Below are positions 13,107 to 26,307 of a stretch of DNA of 64,000 bases, piece after piece (the first letter of the stretch is position 1; every line of letters begins with the position of its first letter). Made by a program: the position numbers and the translations under genes. The stretch spans positions 111,042,001-111,106,000 of the forward strand of contig OZ024743.1 of assembly GCA_964016885.1 (NCBI GenBank), given 5' to 3'. The notes under the pieces were generated by a model that worked only from the letters and a program-made list of their open reading frames with translations, did not search any database and was not told the DNA's origin. This DNA is from Eledone cirrhosa (Eukaryota).

Positions 13107-14100
13107 GTTTCTTCTTCTTCTTCTTTTTTCTTTTTCTTTTTCCTCTTCTTCTTTATCTTCTTCTTCTTCTCAACTTCTTGTGGAAGGGGACAAGTTCAAT
13201 TGGTAAGGTGGTCCATCAGCTGCCCGTATCCTCTATGCAGAGGGCTTATTATGCCTTAGCTGATGATACACCAATTTTGGCTGAGGCTACAGCATCTGCT
13301 GGAATTCGTGAACGAAGAGCAGGTGCGGTCGCCGTTTGAGAGATTGTCCGACAGGTGTTATCTAATCTCCTCTCTTTGATTGAGCGCTTGTCATGCGCCT
13401 AGCGAAGAGGGATACAATTTGCCTGGTATCTGGAATGTTGTCATCCACTCACCATTAACAGCCGGGAAATGCGGTCAGTGCAATTTCAACTCTAGTGTTT
13501 CATAGAGATCTAGTTTTTGGAAAGTGCGAGTAGTTTCTCGACTAATGTCTCTGAGTCGACGAAATCAAACTAACAATTGTAAACCGGAGAAATTTCGAGC
13601 TGGGGTTAATGGAACATTTCCTGAACTACTCGGCAGTGTAACCGAGTGAGAATGACCTTACGGGACAATCTCTACAGGCACGCAAGTACTGTCTAACGAA
13701 CCTGTCCAAGATGTGCGCAGGTCGATGAAAAACTTCTGCATCATGTGGTGTTTTGTCGAATCTATCCTCTCGTACTCTTTTGGCAAGAAAACATGTTGGT
13801 TACAGTTGTCGGGCTGTTATAGTTGTGTGGTGCACGTGTCTGTATGTACTGAAGACAGACACTTTCTAATTTAATAACTCACTCATGAATGTGTTCAAGT
13901 TCCACTTGGAAAGGGAGGTGATGTTGGAGAGGAAAGTGTTAACCCTTAATGCATATGTTAATAGATGGTTGAATGTAGTGAAAATGGCTCTAGTGGATGA
14001 GCCTACAGTGGCGGTGCGTCTGTATCCTAGAAAGTTGGACTTTCCTATTGTGCTATGGTGTACAGCGTCAACTTTTCATTTTATATGGTTTCTCTAGTGT
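11540..14100 (+). mobile_element. Highly degraded Tx1/L1-clade LINE (ORF1 remnant plus ORF2 3' remnant)
   Basis: Thr/Asn-rich ORF1 start and knuckle remnant as in 42900-44898. 13200-14040 matches ORF2 end (VFKFHLEREVMLERKVLT...RWLNVVKMA vs 38762-38968 and 46216-47715). Confidence 0.75.
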
Positions 14101-14299
14101 ATCTTGTGATAATGTACTGAATGATATGTGCAATGTTCATTGTGTTATTCGCTTTAGTATTAATCTCGTATAGCATATGATGAGAGAGCTGGGTTGTTTC
14201 CTTATTATGTGTTTATAAAGTGTGGTTATTTGGCGTGGAGTTTTCTCTACTTCCCTTATACAAATGAATCGAACATAAATGATAACCATGGGGGGGGGG

Positions 14300-15419
14300 G
14301 GGGCTTTTCATAGCTCTACATTGGCCACTGTGTAGCATTTTGTTCATTTATATTGCTTACATGACTGTGTTCATATTTTCATCATTTTTAAAACTCTGGT
14401 AATTATTGGCCCTGATTTTAGTTACATGTCTTCGTCTCGTATATTAAGATTTCAAATGCCTTTGGCTTTGAGATCTTTTCAATTTCTGTTCAAGCACATA
14501 TTTATCGATACATATATCGTACATTATGAAGTTTAATTTTACTGTCGTCCAAGTTGAAGCGAAGAAATTCAATCTGTAATTTAAATCACGAAATTGTGGA
14601 AACCGCCTCAATGATGCCGTATATCTTGGTGGTTTAAGATAATTTTCCAGGGTTGCTCTCTGTATAGAATAGGTTTCAGGTTTGTATATGAGACCTTCTT
14701 GTGGTTACATCTAAATAGGTCGCACATGCATATATATTTGTATGAATGCATGTCATTTAAATCATGATATTATACACGGAAATAATATGTTACTAGTATA
14801 GACATATCTATATATTTACTCCCATACATATAATGGTATATTGTAGCCACTTAACGCCAAAATATTTCATAAACATTATTATTTTATCATAAAGATATTT
14901 AGATTTGACATTATCAACTGCATTAAAGGTTAGATTATTGATAAATATCTAAGAACCATGTTATCTGTGGTCTTTCTTGAAATTTTATTTCAAATGGTCT
15001 TTTTTATTAGCTGTTACTGAATTAAAGTGTTTGCATCGATCTTTACTGCGTGATTTGTGTTTTGTTTTCAACTTTATAGTTATTATACTGTTCATATTTT
15101 TAGAAATAGGCATGAATATATTTCTTTCTAAAAGGTGTATATCAATTTAAGTAGAGAGAAATGGATATGTATGCTTCAGCATGCAGCAATTGGCTAATAA
15201 GACATTCAAGCGAAACAATGATAAATATCTAAACTTAGTTTTGTCCTAAATCTGTTTTCATATTCTCCTATGCCATTAACATTTCCCAAGATAAGAATAC
15301 TGACTCATAATGGATAGAGAAGTCAACTATATTGCATCATATAACTAATTAGATATTTCGAGAATATAGCAACGATAAATCTTCATTGCGGCTAAGATAT
15401 AATTTCTGTAAATGGCGGC

Positions 15420-15482
<63 letters not shown>

Positions 15483-15590
15483 TATATATATACACACACA
15501 GCCACACAGACACACACACACACACACTCATATATATATAGATAGTTAGATAGATACATATATATAGATATAGATATAAATATACATACA

Positions 15591-15622
<32 letters not shown>

Positions 15623-15623
15623 G

Positions 15624-15671
<48 letters not shown>

Positions 15672-16043
15672 ATATATATGTATATATATATAAATATATA
15701 CACGCATATATATATATAAATATAGATGTATATGTGATTATTGTTATAAAAGCATTATTTCTGTATTTTCTGAATTATTTCAACTGATATTGCTGTTTAT
15801 TGAAATTGACAATTAATAACTATTTTCATTTAATTTAAATGACATGCGCATGCAGGCCTACTTATATCCACACACATACAGGCACAGACACAGGCACGAA
15901 CTCACACACAAACACACACACGTACACACACACACACATACACATATATATATATATATATATTATTTCTGATATATGTATTTATATATATATATTTATA
16001 TATATTATTATTTATAATATATATATTTATATATATATTTAGT

Positions 16044-16100
<57 letters not shown>

Positions 16101-16780
16101 TAGATAGAGAGAGAGAGGGAGAGTGAGAGAGTGAGAGAGTGAGAGAGAGAGAGAGAGAAAGAAATAGAGACAGGGGTAGTGAGAGATTAATACTTTGAGA
16201 AAGAGATAGCTACATTCAAATACATTCATCATATTAATATAAGTGTATTAATGACGTAAATAATGTTCTTAATATAGAGAGCGCATAACCTTCTCACATA
16301 TTTCCCCCATTGGGAACGTACTACTGTAATTTTCTCAACTGAAATTGATTCACTTCTGGCATATTAATTGGGGAAATTGTAAATCTCGCTTTCAAATACA
16401 TGCTAATTCTGTAAATGTATGTCGCATAAAGGGGTAATTGTAAGACTTGTTACTCTCTTCTTCGTTACTAGATGACATCGAATGACATGCATTATATATA
16501 GTAATTTTCGTCATGATAACAATGTATAACCCTCTAGAGCATCCCCTGCTATACCCTTTTCAATGTTATTACTTTGTCTTCCAAACGTCATTACACTATA
16601 TTTGGTGGGGATGCTTATTAGAATGGCAACGACATCATTGAGATACACACTTCGTTTCCAATCTTAGTTTTAGATATTTATATTTAATATTTCACTTTCA
16701 GCTTTCCATTTATATGAGAATAAGACAGAAGCATTTATGATACTATCACCAGTACTTATTCAATAACGGAATTGAAAATA
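14300..16780 (-). pseudogene. Decayed parvovirus-like element, unit B (NS1-like 15000-16780 split by microsatellite; VP-like 14450-14710)
   Basis: MHVIRCHLVTKKRVTSL (HUH-like); SILILGNVNG (Walker A-like); YPFLST..LLE..KTKHKS..VTANK (B/B'/C-like); then an ~86-codon open stretch ENYLKPPRYTASLRRFPQFRDLNYRLNFFASTWTTVKLNF. Confidence 0.4.
15423..16160. repeat. (TA)n/(CA)n/(GA)n microsatellite block
   Basis: Direct reading. Confidence 0.95.
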
Positions 16781-16965
16781 ATTGTTTCTACTTTTGGCAC
16801 AAGGCCAGCAATAACCGAGTGCATTACTGGTACTTTATTTTATCGACCCCGTAATGATGAAAGGCAAAGTTAATCTCGGTGGGATTTGAACTCAGATTGG
16901 AAAGGGCCGTAACTCTATGCATCAAAGCATGTCGTTCGACCCTCTACCGATGCTGCCAATCCATG
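16775..16965 (-). mobile_element. tRNA-derived SINE copy
   Basis: Full head, core and tail. Confidence 0.9.
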
Positions 16966-17099
16966 AAAATAATATTAAACATTCACTAGTATGATATGAC
17001 CTGATTTCTTTTCTCGGTACAGACGCTTTTTATAGATAACGTTACCTTCAATATATATCTTAATAACTAATACGTTCTAGCATAGAAATCTTCACTCTA

Positions 17100-19990
17100 C
17101 CTCTTCGTTGCTCACTCACTCGTGAGAGGGTGATAGAGGCAGAGCCATCAAACATTCCTTCCCATGAGTCTTGTCTGAAGCTACCATCTTAAACTGATCA
17201 AGCTAGATGGCCAATCGAGACCCCTCAATCTCATGGATGATATCCATCCATCTTTCTCTGTGGTCTAAACCTCGTTATCCTGCCGCGTGGTTTTGTCCGT
17301 GAAATCTGTCCAGCAATTCTATCCTGAGATATTCTAATCACATGCCTATGATATCGGGATTGCGATCACTCAATTCGGAGAAGCAGCGGCTCTACCTTCA
17401 GTGATTCTTTGATCTCCAAGCTACGCATTTTATCGTGTAGCGGCACTGAAAAACGTTTCCTTAAATCTGGTTTTCAGCCGCTTCTATTCACAACCGTATT
17501 CTTTCGGTCATTACTCAAGATTCATGATCATAGTTAAAGATTGGCATGAATAGCGAATTACATATTGTGAGTTTGGCTTTTACACCTACTTAAATTCTTC
17601 TTATAACAGAATGTTGATGCTGACGCTTTGCTGAATCAGCTCCTGCAGTTGTTGTACTTTGTTCAGCCTCCTGCGTTCCATCACGGCCCCCTGCTTCACT
17701 GTAACTCCAGTCACATGTATAGTGCACTGTGCAATCTTCCTTGAAAGTATGAGAGTCTCTGTTTTTGCAGCACTGATTTTCATTCAAGCCATGCCGCACG
17801 TGGGACCAAACCTTTCAAGTGCAAGACGAAGATCACCTTCCGTTAGAGTTAAGTAACCCCTTGGCGTCTGCAATTTCCCGCCCACAGAATTTACAACAGC
17901 AATTTGTGAGAACAATTCAACTTCGCTGCACATTGCAATCCTGTTCATCATCAGATGCCTTCGACCCGACAATCTCACCTCATCATTTTGTTACACACTT
18001 GGCGTAGATTTCGTCGGGGAAGCTTAACAAAAACGTCCCTCTGTAATTGGAACAATCTCTCTTGTCTTACTATTTAGAAAATTAGGATTATCACTCCCGA
18101 TTGCCATTGCTTGGGTGCCACTCCAGAGATCCAGGCTACATGATACACAGAGACAGTCAGAGAATACCTTCTCGATTAAGGTTTTTATGAACTCGAGCCA
18201 CTTTTCATCTACCCCAGCACCAATGCCATATTTCAGCCCTTTAAGTGGTATTGTAACCTCAGCTTCCAAAAGATTAATCACTGCTCCCAGATTCACCTCG
18301 TCTGCATCAGAATATGGTGTTGTGGTCGGTTTTATGAATCAGCAAAATATCTTCTCAACTTCGCGTGAATGCACCTTTCTGAAGAGAGGGGAACCCCTGA
18401 GACGTTTAAGATAGTAAGAGGAATTATTATAGACGTTTAAGATAGGTGGAGTAATTATTATTACTAAGTCGGTCAATGGTCTTCCAGAATAGTTTATTTG
18501 TTGCTCTGAAGTCTGACGCCAGCTTAACCCCAAAGTCCTCCCAAGGCTTAACATTGGAGGTATTTACGGTCTCTGCTGCGATACTTGTACTGCAAGTTCA
18601 AGGAGAAATGACTGCCAACTCAAACTTTCTAGGCTACCCTATTTGGCCTATATATTGTATCGAGTGATCCCCCTGACACCCAGTGCCAGAACAAGTATCT
18701 TTATCCCGCAGCATTTAACAGCTGACGCGAACAACGCTGAGATGAACAATCAATGCCCTCAGTTTGCTCAGAGAGATTTCTGAATTTGGATGTAATAGTA
18801 TCTGCATACACAATTCAGACATTTTTGTCCGCAAACGCTTCGCACCTTAACCTCTAGGTCACCCTGGAACGGCCAGCCAGTTTTGTGTGCTTCTTTTTTT
18901 TTAGGTACTCTGTAGTTGCAGATAATAGCTTAGAGCCTCTCTTGACAAGAACATCCAGCACAGAATAGAAGGCATCAAAGATAATAAGAACATAAATTAT
19001 TATTATCTGTCCCTGTTTCCCCTAATACCATGTATATTTATGGATGTCTCTGTGATGGAAGAAGTTATTTATAATAGAGATTACATTGCTAGAAGTGTCT
19101 TCTTAGGCCTATCCATTCGTATTGCGATAGGGATCGCCAGTCAAACCTTATCATATCAAGTGGCCAATGCCAACATGTGCATTGGAATCTCCCATCAGGA
19201 TACATGACTCAGCCTCAACTACATGTTGCAGTAACTTCATCAAGGAAGGATCTGTATTCAGATTATTTGTTTCATGCTTAAAATTTACACACTCACAGAG
19301 TCCTAACTTTCAGTCTAATCTTCTAGAAGCAAATACTCCCTCCTAATGGGCTCCAGTTCATAACACATTTTTGCAGCCGGAGGATTGTGAGTATCCCCAC
19401 TCCCGCTTGCACTGTTTTTTCTGGCACCACACCTGATTACTGAAGTTTCCATCTTCCATCCAAATTAACAGCACCTGAGCCCTCGAAATTTGTTGTTGAG
19501 GAAAACCTGATTATATCTATCCGGTAGCATGGAGCCTGGACCAATAGTTACAATTTCTTACCTCTAATGGTTGCAATGTTCCAGACTTCAATTGTCGAGC
19601 GTTGCTCCCTTCTGAACACTGTTTGTCGCCTCGGGATATGCGACTTTTGTCTGTCAATCTTACGCCTCCCAGGAATGGTAGCATTCCCATCGACAATTAT
19701 TGCGGCATGAAATGGAGAGTGCAATATATTTTTCGAACAGGCCCCTCTACCTAAGGCCTGAACACGTCCCTTGGTAACCCACGTGAAGGATGATGTGGAA
19801 TGTTTCGTTTTCGTTCCTTTTACCATATTGAAATTGTTTGGGGCCTTAGTTGCGCCAGTCACATATCCGCGAAGTCTATGTGTTGTTTAGTGGCAGCCTT
19901 TACTCGCCTCGCCATTACTACATCACTGGAATGTGAATGTTTTCTTGGGTACAACAGGTGTCACCCGTTACTCCATCTCCTCTTATAGTT
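17100..19990 (-). mobile_element. Degraded RTE-clade (Expander-like) LINE
   Basis: IEVWNIATIRGKKL (APE start), EVTIPLKGLKYGIGAGVDE, MKISAAKTETLILSRK, and 3' end related to 2630-3090. Confidence 0.8.
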
Positions 19991-20139
19991 TACTGTATTT
20001 GGTCCAGGGTTGCTTATTATTCTGGCGGCTATATTCTTTTATCGCAACTAACCATCATATATGTTGGGCGTATCGCTATTCGGCACGTGCGACTCGTGTT
20101 CTAGCAGAAAGGCTATGTCGAGAAAGATAGAAATATGAT

Positions 20140-21245
20140 TATATAAATTTAATATAACATGTAACTTCCATCCTAAGCTCCATAATTATTTTAATGATGT
20201 CAAATATCTATATATGGAAACCCCATTGCAAAGACTCCTTAAATATATGAATGATCGATTGACGGCAATCTATCAATAGGATGTATTTCGGAGATTGGAG
20301 ATGCCGCTGAAGTATCTGCGTATGAATATATCTTGCCAGACTAGAAAATGGAGTAATATAATGAAAGCTACCATACAATAAGTGATGTGTTGAGTTATGG
20401 GCGATGAAAGCAGTTCATGACGATTAATATGTAGTTCCTTGTTTAAAAATAATGTTGCAGTGAATCTATAACGAACACAATTTTGTAAATACATCTTATG
20501 TTGGCTTTACATCTAAAAAGTACTTACATGAAGCAATGGATACATAAAAGCATATTTCATTCTCGTAAGCTGCTTTTTTAAATACAAATCAACGCAAAAC
20601 CTGTAATTTACGCTCTCTCATTTTAAGAAAGAAAAGAAACATTCTATAATTTTCTCATGAAAGATCTCAAACTAAACATACTCAAACCATTCTTAGAAAT
20701 CTCATTGTGTACAATTTATAGAATTTACTGGATAAGCCACAGAAATGAATTCTATCATGATATAATATTCAATAATATCTTTCAGTTATACCTAAATATA
20801 CATTTGAAATTGTACCAACAAGAAAGGGCCTAATAACTACTCCACATATATTATAATCTTGCAACTCTCAGTCGAGGAATCTTAAATATGCGCAAATAGA
20901 TTGTGATTTTCATATCTGTTAAACCACTATGATCATATACAAACAGATCCCACTGTAGCGCAATAGCCTCTGGCGAAGTTTCTGTGAAGACGTTCGCTGT
21001 ATCAGCAAATTCTGCAGTGATTCATCCTACATCTTTCACTACTTTCCAATGAGAAAATAATGCTGTGTTGAAAAATTCATCGTCTGACTTATAAGCAAGA
21101 TCATTGCAGATTGAAGAGATGCACGTAAAAGCTTGTCACATAGACTTGGTTGGTTTCTAGAGGATGTGATCCTAGTTAATAATTCTAAATTATCCTCGTA
21201 CTCAAAAGTTATTTCATGATGACGAGATGAAAAATGCAGCACCTG
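20140..21245 (-). pseudogene. Decayed parvovirus-like NS1, unit C
   Basis: HYFLIGK..ESLQNLLIQRTSSQKLRQRL..KSQSICAYLRFL (nuclease-like); FLVWQD..LRSLCNGVSI..VILNLYNH (helicase B-C-like). Confidence 0.35.
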
Positions 21246-21564
21246 ATAAATGGATATTTTGTCAGGTGGATACAGATAGACTAGATGTTCGGCATTTCAC
21301 TGCCGTAGGCCTCATCCCTTACAGTCAAACTATATTTGTATCGTTGGTGAGGGCAGGATTGTGGAACTGTGTTTGACAACTACACTCAATCACCACCAAA
21401 AGCTTTCTAACCGTTCAAGCGGTGGGTTTCTCTCAATTTCTGGTTCAAGGCTGCAATGTTTTCTCATTCTCTCTTTCTTTCTCTCCTTCTCCCACATTTC
21501 TATCTATCGATCTTTCGCTTTTCACCATTATTCTAACTATCTATCTATCTATCTATCTATCTAT

Positions 21565-21696
21565 CCCCTATTGGGGAAAATCGACTAACTTTTTAAATTG
21601 CATTTGTGATAACATTTTACACGTTTTTATTGTATGTAAACTTCCCCCTTTGTATTTGTCCCATTCTTTTGTGCCCCTGTGGCTAATAAAGAAACA

Positions 21697-21730
<34 letters not shown>
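21565..21730 (+). mobile_element. Tx1-family 3' end inserted in a (CTAT)n array
   Basis: cccctattggggaa hairpin and ccctgtggctaataaagaaac terminus as at 39085-39235 and 47815-47962; flanked by (ctat)n. Confidence 0.75.
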
Positions 21731-21940
21731 CCTCTCCCTAGTCTTCACTATTTATTTCTCTTTCACTATTCTACACACCATCTTCCTCTTTATCGGAATT
21801 CCCACCCTTTCTCATAGTCTGGGACTTTCTTAGAGAAAACCACCAATATTTTCCTCCTCAGGTCTTCCAAATCGTTAATGTGATCCCTGTGCAAATTTTG
21901 GTCTTGTACAAGAAACAATGTAAAAGAAGAAGCCCTATTT

Positions 21941-22011
<71 letters not shown>
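21941..22011. repeat. (AGT)n microsatellite
   Basis: Direct reading. Confidence 0.95.
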
Positions 22012-23574
22012 TACATGATGATGATGGTGTTATTGGCAGTGAGGAAAAGAATGGAGAAATAAATATACCAGTATCATCAAGAATAGACGCTGCAGATTTA
22101 TAATACATGCTGTATTATATTTACGCTATCTATGCAGAATATATGTATGAAAAGAATAGAATATTTCAATCAATATTGCAGAAATGATAAACTTGAACAT
22201 GAACAAAAGATCACCGATAAGACATTCTTGACTCTGTTAACTTCCTCTACTATATTCGAAAAAAACTATCTTTTATATTATATTTTCTAATTTCAGATTT
22301 TTTATGTTCTCATTCTTCACATTTTACCGATCGGTTTATGTTTTTTTAATGTTGTTTTTCTTCACTTATCCGTAGACATCTAACCCATAGATGTTTGTTT
22401 CATTTGCATTGCCTTCCTATTTGTATACGCTATCTTGCAATTCAGCAAAATCAAAAAAATGGTTTAATTTTAATATACCATTTTCATTTTGGCTACCATG
22501 CTAATCGAATTGCCTAATATCTTCCAATAATAATACTTTTTGCAGGAGGTTTCAGATTTTGTTATAAGGGAACTATTTTCATTGTTAAATTAGCTCTCTT
22601 AGTGTTTGAGATGGATCAAATATTGGTAGTTAACTTCGAAATTTTGAACGATTGGTAACACATGATGTTGTCGATGATATTTGCTAATTAAAGTTATATA
22701 GCACACACAAATGTAATTTTGATAGTAGTATGATTGGTATCGAAGGGATTTGCACCAAGAAAGATCCACTCGGAGGAACGAGTCTGGGCACGTTTGTTTG
22801 TGGAAGGTCAGCAGTCGCCCATGCATACCAGTCGTCCCTCTCAACAATGCAATACAACAGCATAACTATATAAATTAGAAAAATAGTAATATTTAAATGA
22901 ACTAATTTCCATTTTTTGTTTTTGTAGAAAATAATAAAAATGTATTCAATGGAATATTTCTCCATGCAACGTTAGTCGTCATTGACCTGTAATTTTCTTG
23001 ATTGTTTACTTTGTTATTGCTATATTCAAAGCGTTCCATATTTACACTTGATAAACTATTCCTGGAACTACCATATCTGGAATTTCCTCTATATTTTAAG
23101 TCGGAGAGATATTTTGCTGCTAATACGAAAGAATTCACTGAAGATTGGGTATCGACTTCGGAAGTTTAAGTACAATGTTTTGTAACAATCGGGTGTAAAA
23201 TAATACATCTCCATTAATCAAAGTACTCTTTATGAATCGAATATGTATGTGACTTAGCGTGATATAAAATACAAATGAGAGATATCCTGGATGATATCTC
23301 ATGTTTACGTGAGAATGGATTCATTAAATACATAAATTAAAGTTAAATGTTCAGCCATTTGCCGTAAATAACATCAACTCGAACAGAACAATTCGGAACT
23401 TCTTTCCTTCGAACGAGTATCAATGGCAATAACATAAAGTAGCTTTACATTGCAATACAATAAAGCGACAGAGAAAGTTGGAAGGCGATGCTGTTTGCTC
23501 TCAAAGATGTAAAATCAAGTGATATTATGACGCAACGGCATTTTAGTTCTCATTTGGTCGATATTATTTTACCT

Positions 23575-23930
23575 TAGTGGCATTACTGGTACTTTATTTC
23601 ATCGACCCCGTAAGGATGAAAGGCAAAGTCCCGCCGAGGTTGACTTTGCCTTTCAAACTTACGTGGTCGATAAAATAAAGTACCAGTAATGCACTGGGTA
23701 ATTGCTGGCCTTGTGCCTAAAGTAGAAACAATTATTTTACCTTAGTGGCAGTGGATTGGCAGTATCGGTAGAGGGTCGGACGCCATATTTTCCAGCATAG
23801 AATTAAGTCCCTTTACGGTCTGAGTTCAAATCCCGTCGAGGTTAACTTTGCCTTTCATCCTTACAGAGTCGATGAAATAAAGTACCAGTAATGCACTGCT
23901 ATAATTGCTGGCCTAAACAATTATTTTACC
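23575..23930 (+). mobile_element. Tandem SINE pair, the first with a fold-back inverted core
   Basis: 23581-23630 is the reverse complement of 23641-23692; ttattttacctta recurs at ~23564, ~23732 and ~23921. Confidence 0.85.
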
Positions 23931-24220
23931 TTAAGATGCTACAAATATTCATTAATGTAGTAGATGAGGGACAAAATAATTAATACAACTATACTACATC
24001 TAAGGAAGAATGCATGAATTTATATGATTCATTTCAAAACGATTCAGATTAAATATACGCTGAATTAGTGATATAAATCGCAAATGGATATCATGAATTC
24101 GGAGCAGCTTTTGTGATACAATCATTATACAATCTTTAAAAAGACTATATAAATTGATTGCAATACTTGAAGCTAAACTTATCGATAATAGAACAGTTAA
24201 CAACTTATTAATTACAACTA

Positions 24221-24443
24221 GGGCGGTGGATTGGCAGTATCGGTAGAGTGTTGGACACCATGCGTTGCAGCATAGAGTTACACTCCTTTACGGTCTGAGT
24301 TCAAATCCCGCCGAGGTTAAATTTGCTTTTCAACCTTACTGGGTCGATAAAATAAAGCACCAGTAACGTACTGGATCGATTTAATCGACTTTCCCTTGCC
24401 CCCAAATTACTGGTCTTGTGCCTGAACCAGAAACCATTATTAT
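24221..24443 (+). mobile_element. Full-length tRNA-derived SINE (long variant)
   Basis: gggcggtggattggcagtatcggtag..gagttcaaatccc..core..cgatttaatcgact..tail gaaaccattattatt. Confidence 0.9.
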
Positions 24444-25441
24444 TGAATATATGTTTAGGTATCTATTTGATTTTTTATATTTGAAGAGTGGCTGTGAAAA
24501 TATAATTTGTCAAGCAATCTTCTCAGTTTCAGTTTGAATTGCAGTAATTATTGATAAATATGTTTCGATTTTAGTATATGTATATGGGATCGAATGCCTT
24601 ACATGAACAGTGATTATCTTAAACCTATCTAAAAGATTAATATAGAAAATCCAGCATATTCTTTTTTATAAATAAAGCAAACATTTACAAAATTACAAAG
24701 CGTTGGAATGAAGAACTTTTTTTTCTAAATTATTCTAATTGAGATCCCTTTATATTATAGGAACCAGGCGAAAAAATAGAAGGATTACTTGAGTATAATG
24801 CATAATGTTATTTGTTCCGGTTTTCTATGTTCTGCGGTCAAATCTCTTAGAGGTTAAATTTTATTTAATCCTCCAAGTTTCAGTGAGATTCATCGTTTCA
24901 AATATTGTTAAGGCCCACATACATAGCTCATGGTTTAGCAGATTGCACTGGCGCTACATGAAATAAAGTATCGAAACCAACATAATCGAAATCCCGAACT
25001 TACGAGGACGAGCCGAATGTTGACACTGCACTGTAACCTACGGGCGATATAACTGACATTGTTCATCTACCAACGATCACAATTGTTTTATGGAAAATTC
25101 GAGAAAATTTATATGTTAAACCTGAAAATATCTCGATAATTTCCTCAATGGAATCGATAAATGTACAATAACTTTTCTTTATTATAAGACTTACGATTGT
25201 AAAATTATACTAGCAAATATTTCAATTAACTTCACACAAAATGTCCATATATACAACTTCGGAAATGAAATGATACGAGTATATAATTACTTTATAGCAT
25301 ATTCATGCAAGTGACAATGAATATGTTACGCGTGACATAAAATCATGTCATTCTTATTATTTTTTAGACGTAAATGTACGTACATTGACTAAAATAGCAT
25401 AAGTGTGAAATAATAATTCTGATAATTATTTTCATGTCCTA

Positions 25442-25495
<54 letters not shown>

Positions 25496-25670
25496 ATAAT
25501 AATAAATTTGAAGACAAAAATCCAAAGAGTGCTCCACTGTATTCGCGTATGCTTGTGTATGTACGTACTTGGATGCGTGTATGTATTTATTTATTTCAAT
25601 TACCTCTGTATTTTATTTACTTTATTCTTAACTCTGAAGCGGAGCATCATTCAGTTTCCTAGTTAGAATT

Positions 25671-25943
25671 TTAGTCTACGACTTCAGCTATACCATGTAC
25701 GTGGTTTTGTCTTTGCGTGCAATTGTTCTCCATGCTCCACATATGACGTATTATCTTCGTTTTTTTTCCGTTCATTGCCAGAGAACGTCTCTATGAACCA
25801 CCTAAGAGAATATTAGTCTACGGCTTCTTTTATACCATAAACGTGGTTCTGTCTTTGCGTGTAATTGTTTTTCACCGCTCTTAATAACGACGTATTATAT
25901 TCGTTTTTTTCCCGTTCTTTGCCAGGGAACGTTTCCACGAACC
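25671..25943. repeat. Diverged 142-bp tandem duplication
   Basis: ttagtctacg...gaacca at 25671 and 25813. Confidence 0.8.
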
Positions 25944-26084
25944 AAAGTATCGTCTTCCTGTCTTCCTCCAGTTGCAACGTTTTTTGAAATATTCGCTTCT
26001 GCGTTTACAGATTGACTTTGTCAGTTTCAGAAGATCCCGTTAAGGGTGAGAGCAGCCATTCTTTGCTTAAACTTCAATATGTTA

Positions 26085-26137
<53 letters not shown>

Positions 26138-26269
26138 GTGAGGTTTTTTTTTACAAAATGAAAAATAACCGAGGTATCCTACACGAGTGAAAGTATAAAG
26201 AAAAAGAGATGAAATCGAAAATGCAACTGAAGTCTTATTTTTTTTTTAAATATATATATTTATTTGGTT

Positions 26270-26307
26270 CCTTTACCGGTTTCGCAGTTCTTCTGCTTTT
26301 CAAAAGG
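26270..26307 (-). ncRNA. Minimal type I hammerhead ribozyme in 3' pLTR (U3-A8 core variant)
   Basis: cctt-UUGAAAA-gcag aagaa ctgc-GAAA-ccgg-UA-aagg; palindromic stem III ACCGGU. Confidence 0.85.

Larger units (their letters stand above)
22200..25430 (-). pseudogene. Decayed parvovirus-like element, unit D (NS1-like 23940-25430; VP-like 22330-23150), interrupted by SINEs
   Basis: HIHCHLH (~25305-25325); YPFA..LDV..PLIYYINE; VP-like GNSRYGSSRNS-MERFEYSN..TTNVAWRNIPLNTFLLF..FSNLYSYAVV..DDWYAW..NPFD..LKPPAKSII..NENGILKL. Confidence 0.45.

Noticed and set aside
15345-15400. Possible hammerhead on the minus strand (atgaaga...gaaa..ta); similar at ~1240-1280 and ~57545-57590
   Set aside because: Stems I and II do not pair convincingly.
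21039-21245. Host exon (tttatcag acceptor-like site before the ORF)
   Set aside because: No recognisable product or partner exons; better explained as part of NS1-like unit C.
24221-24315. tRNA gene
   Set aside because: A and B boxes belong to the SINE head; no cloverleaf, and it continues into the SINE core.
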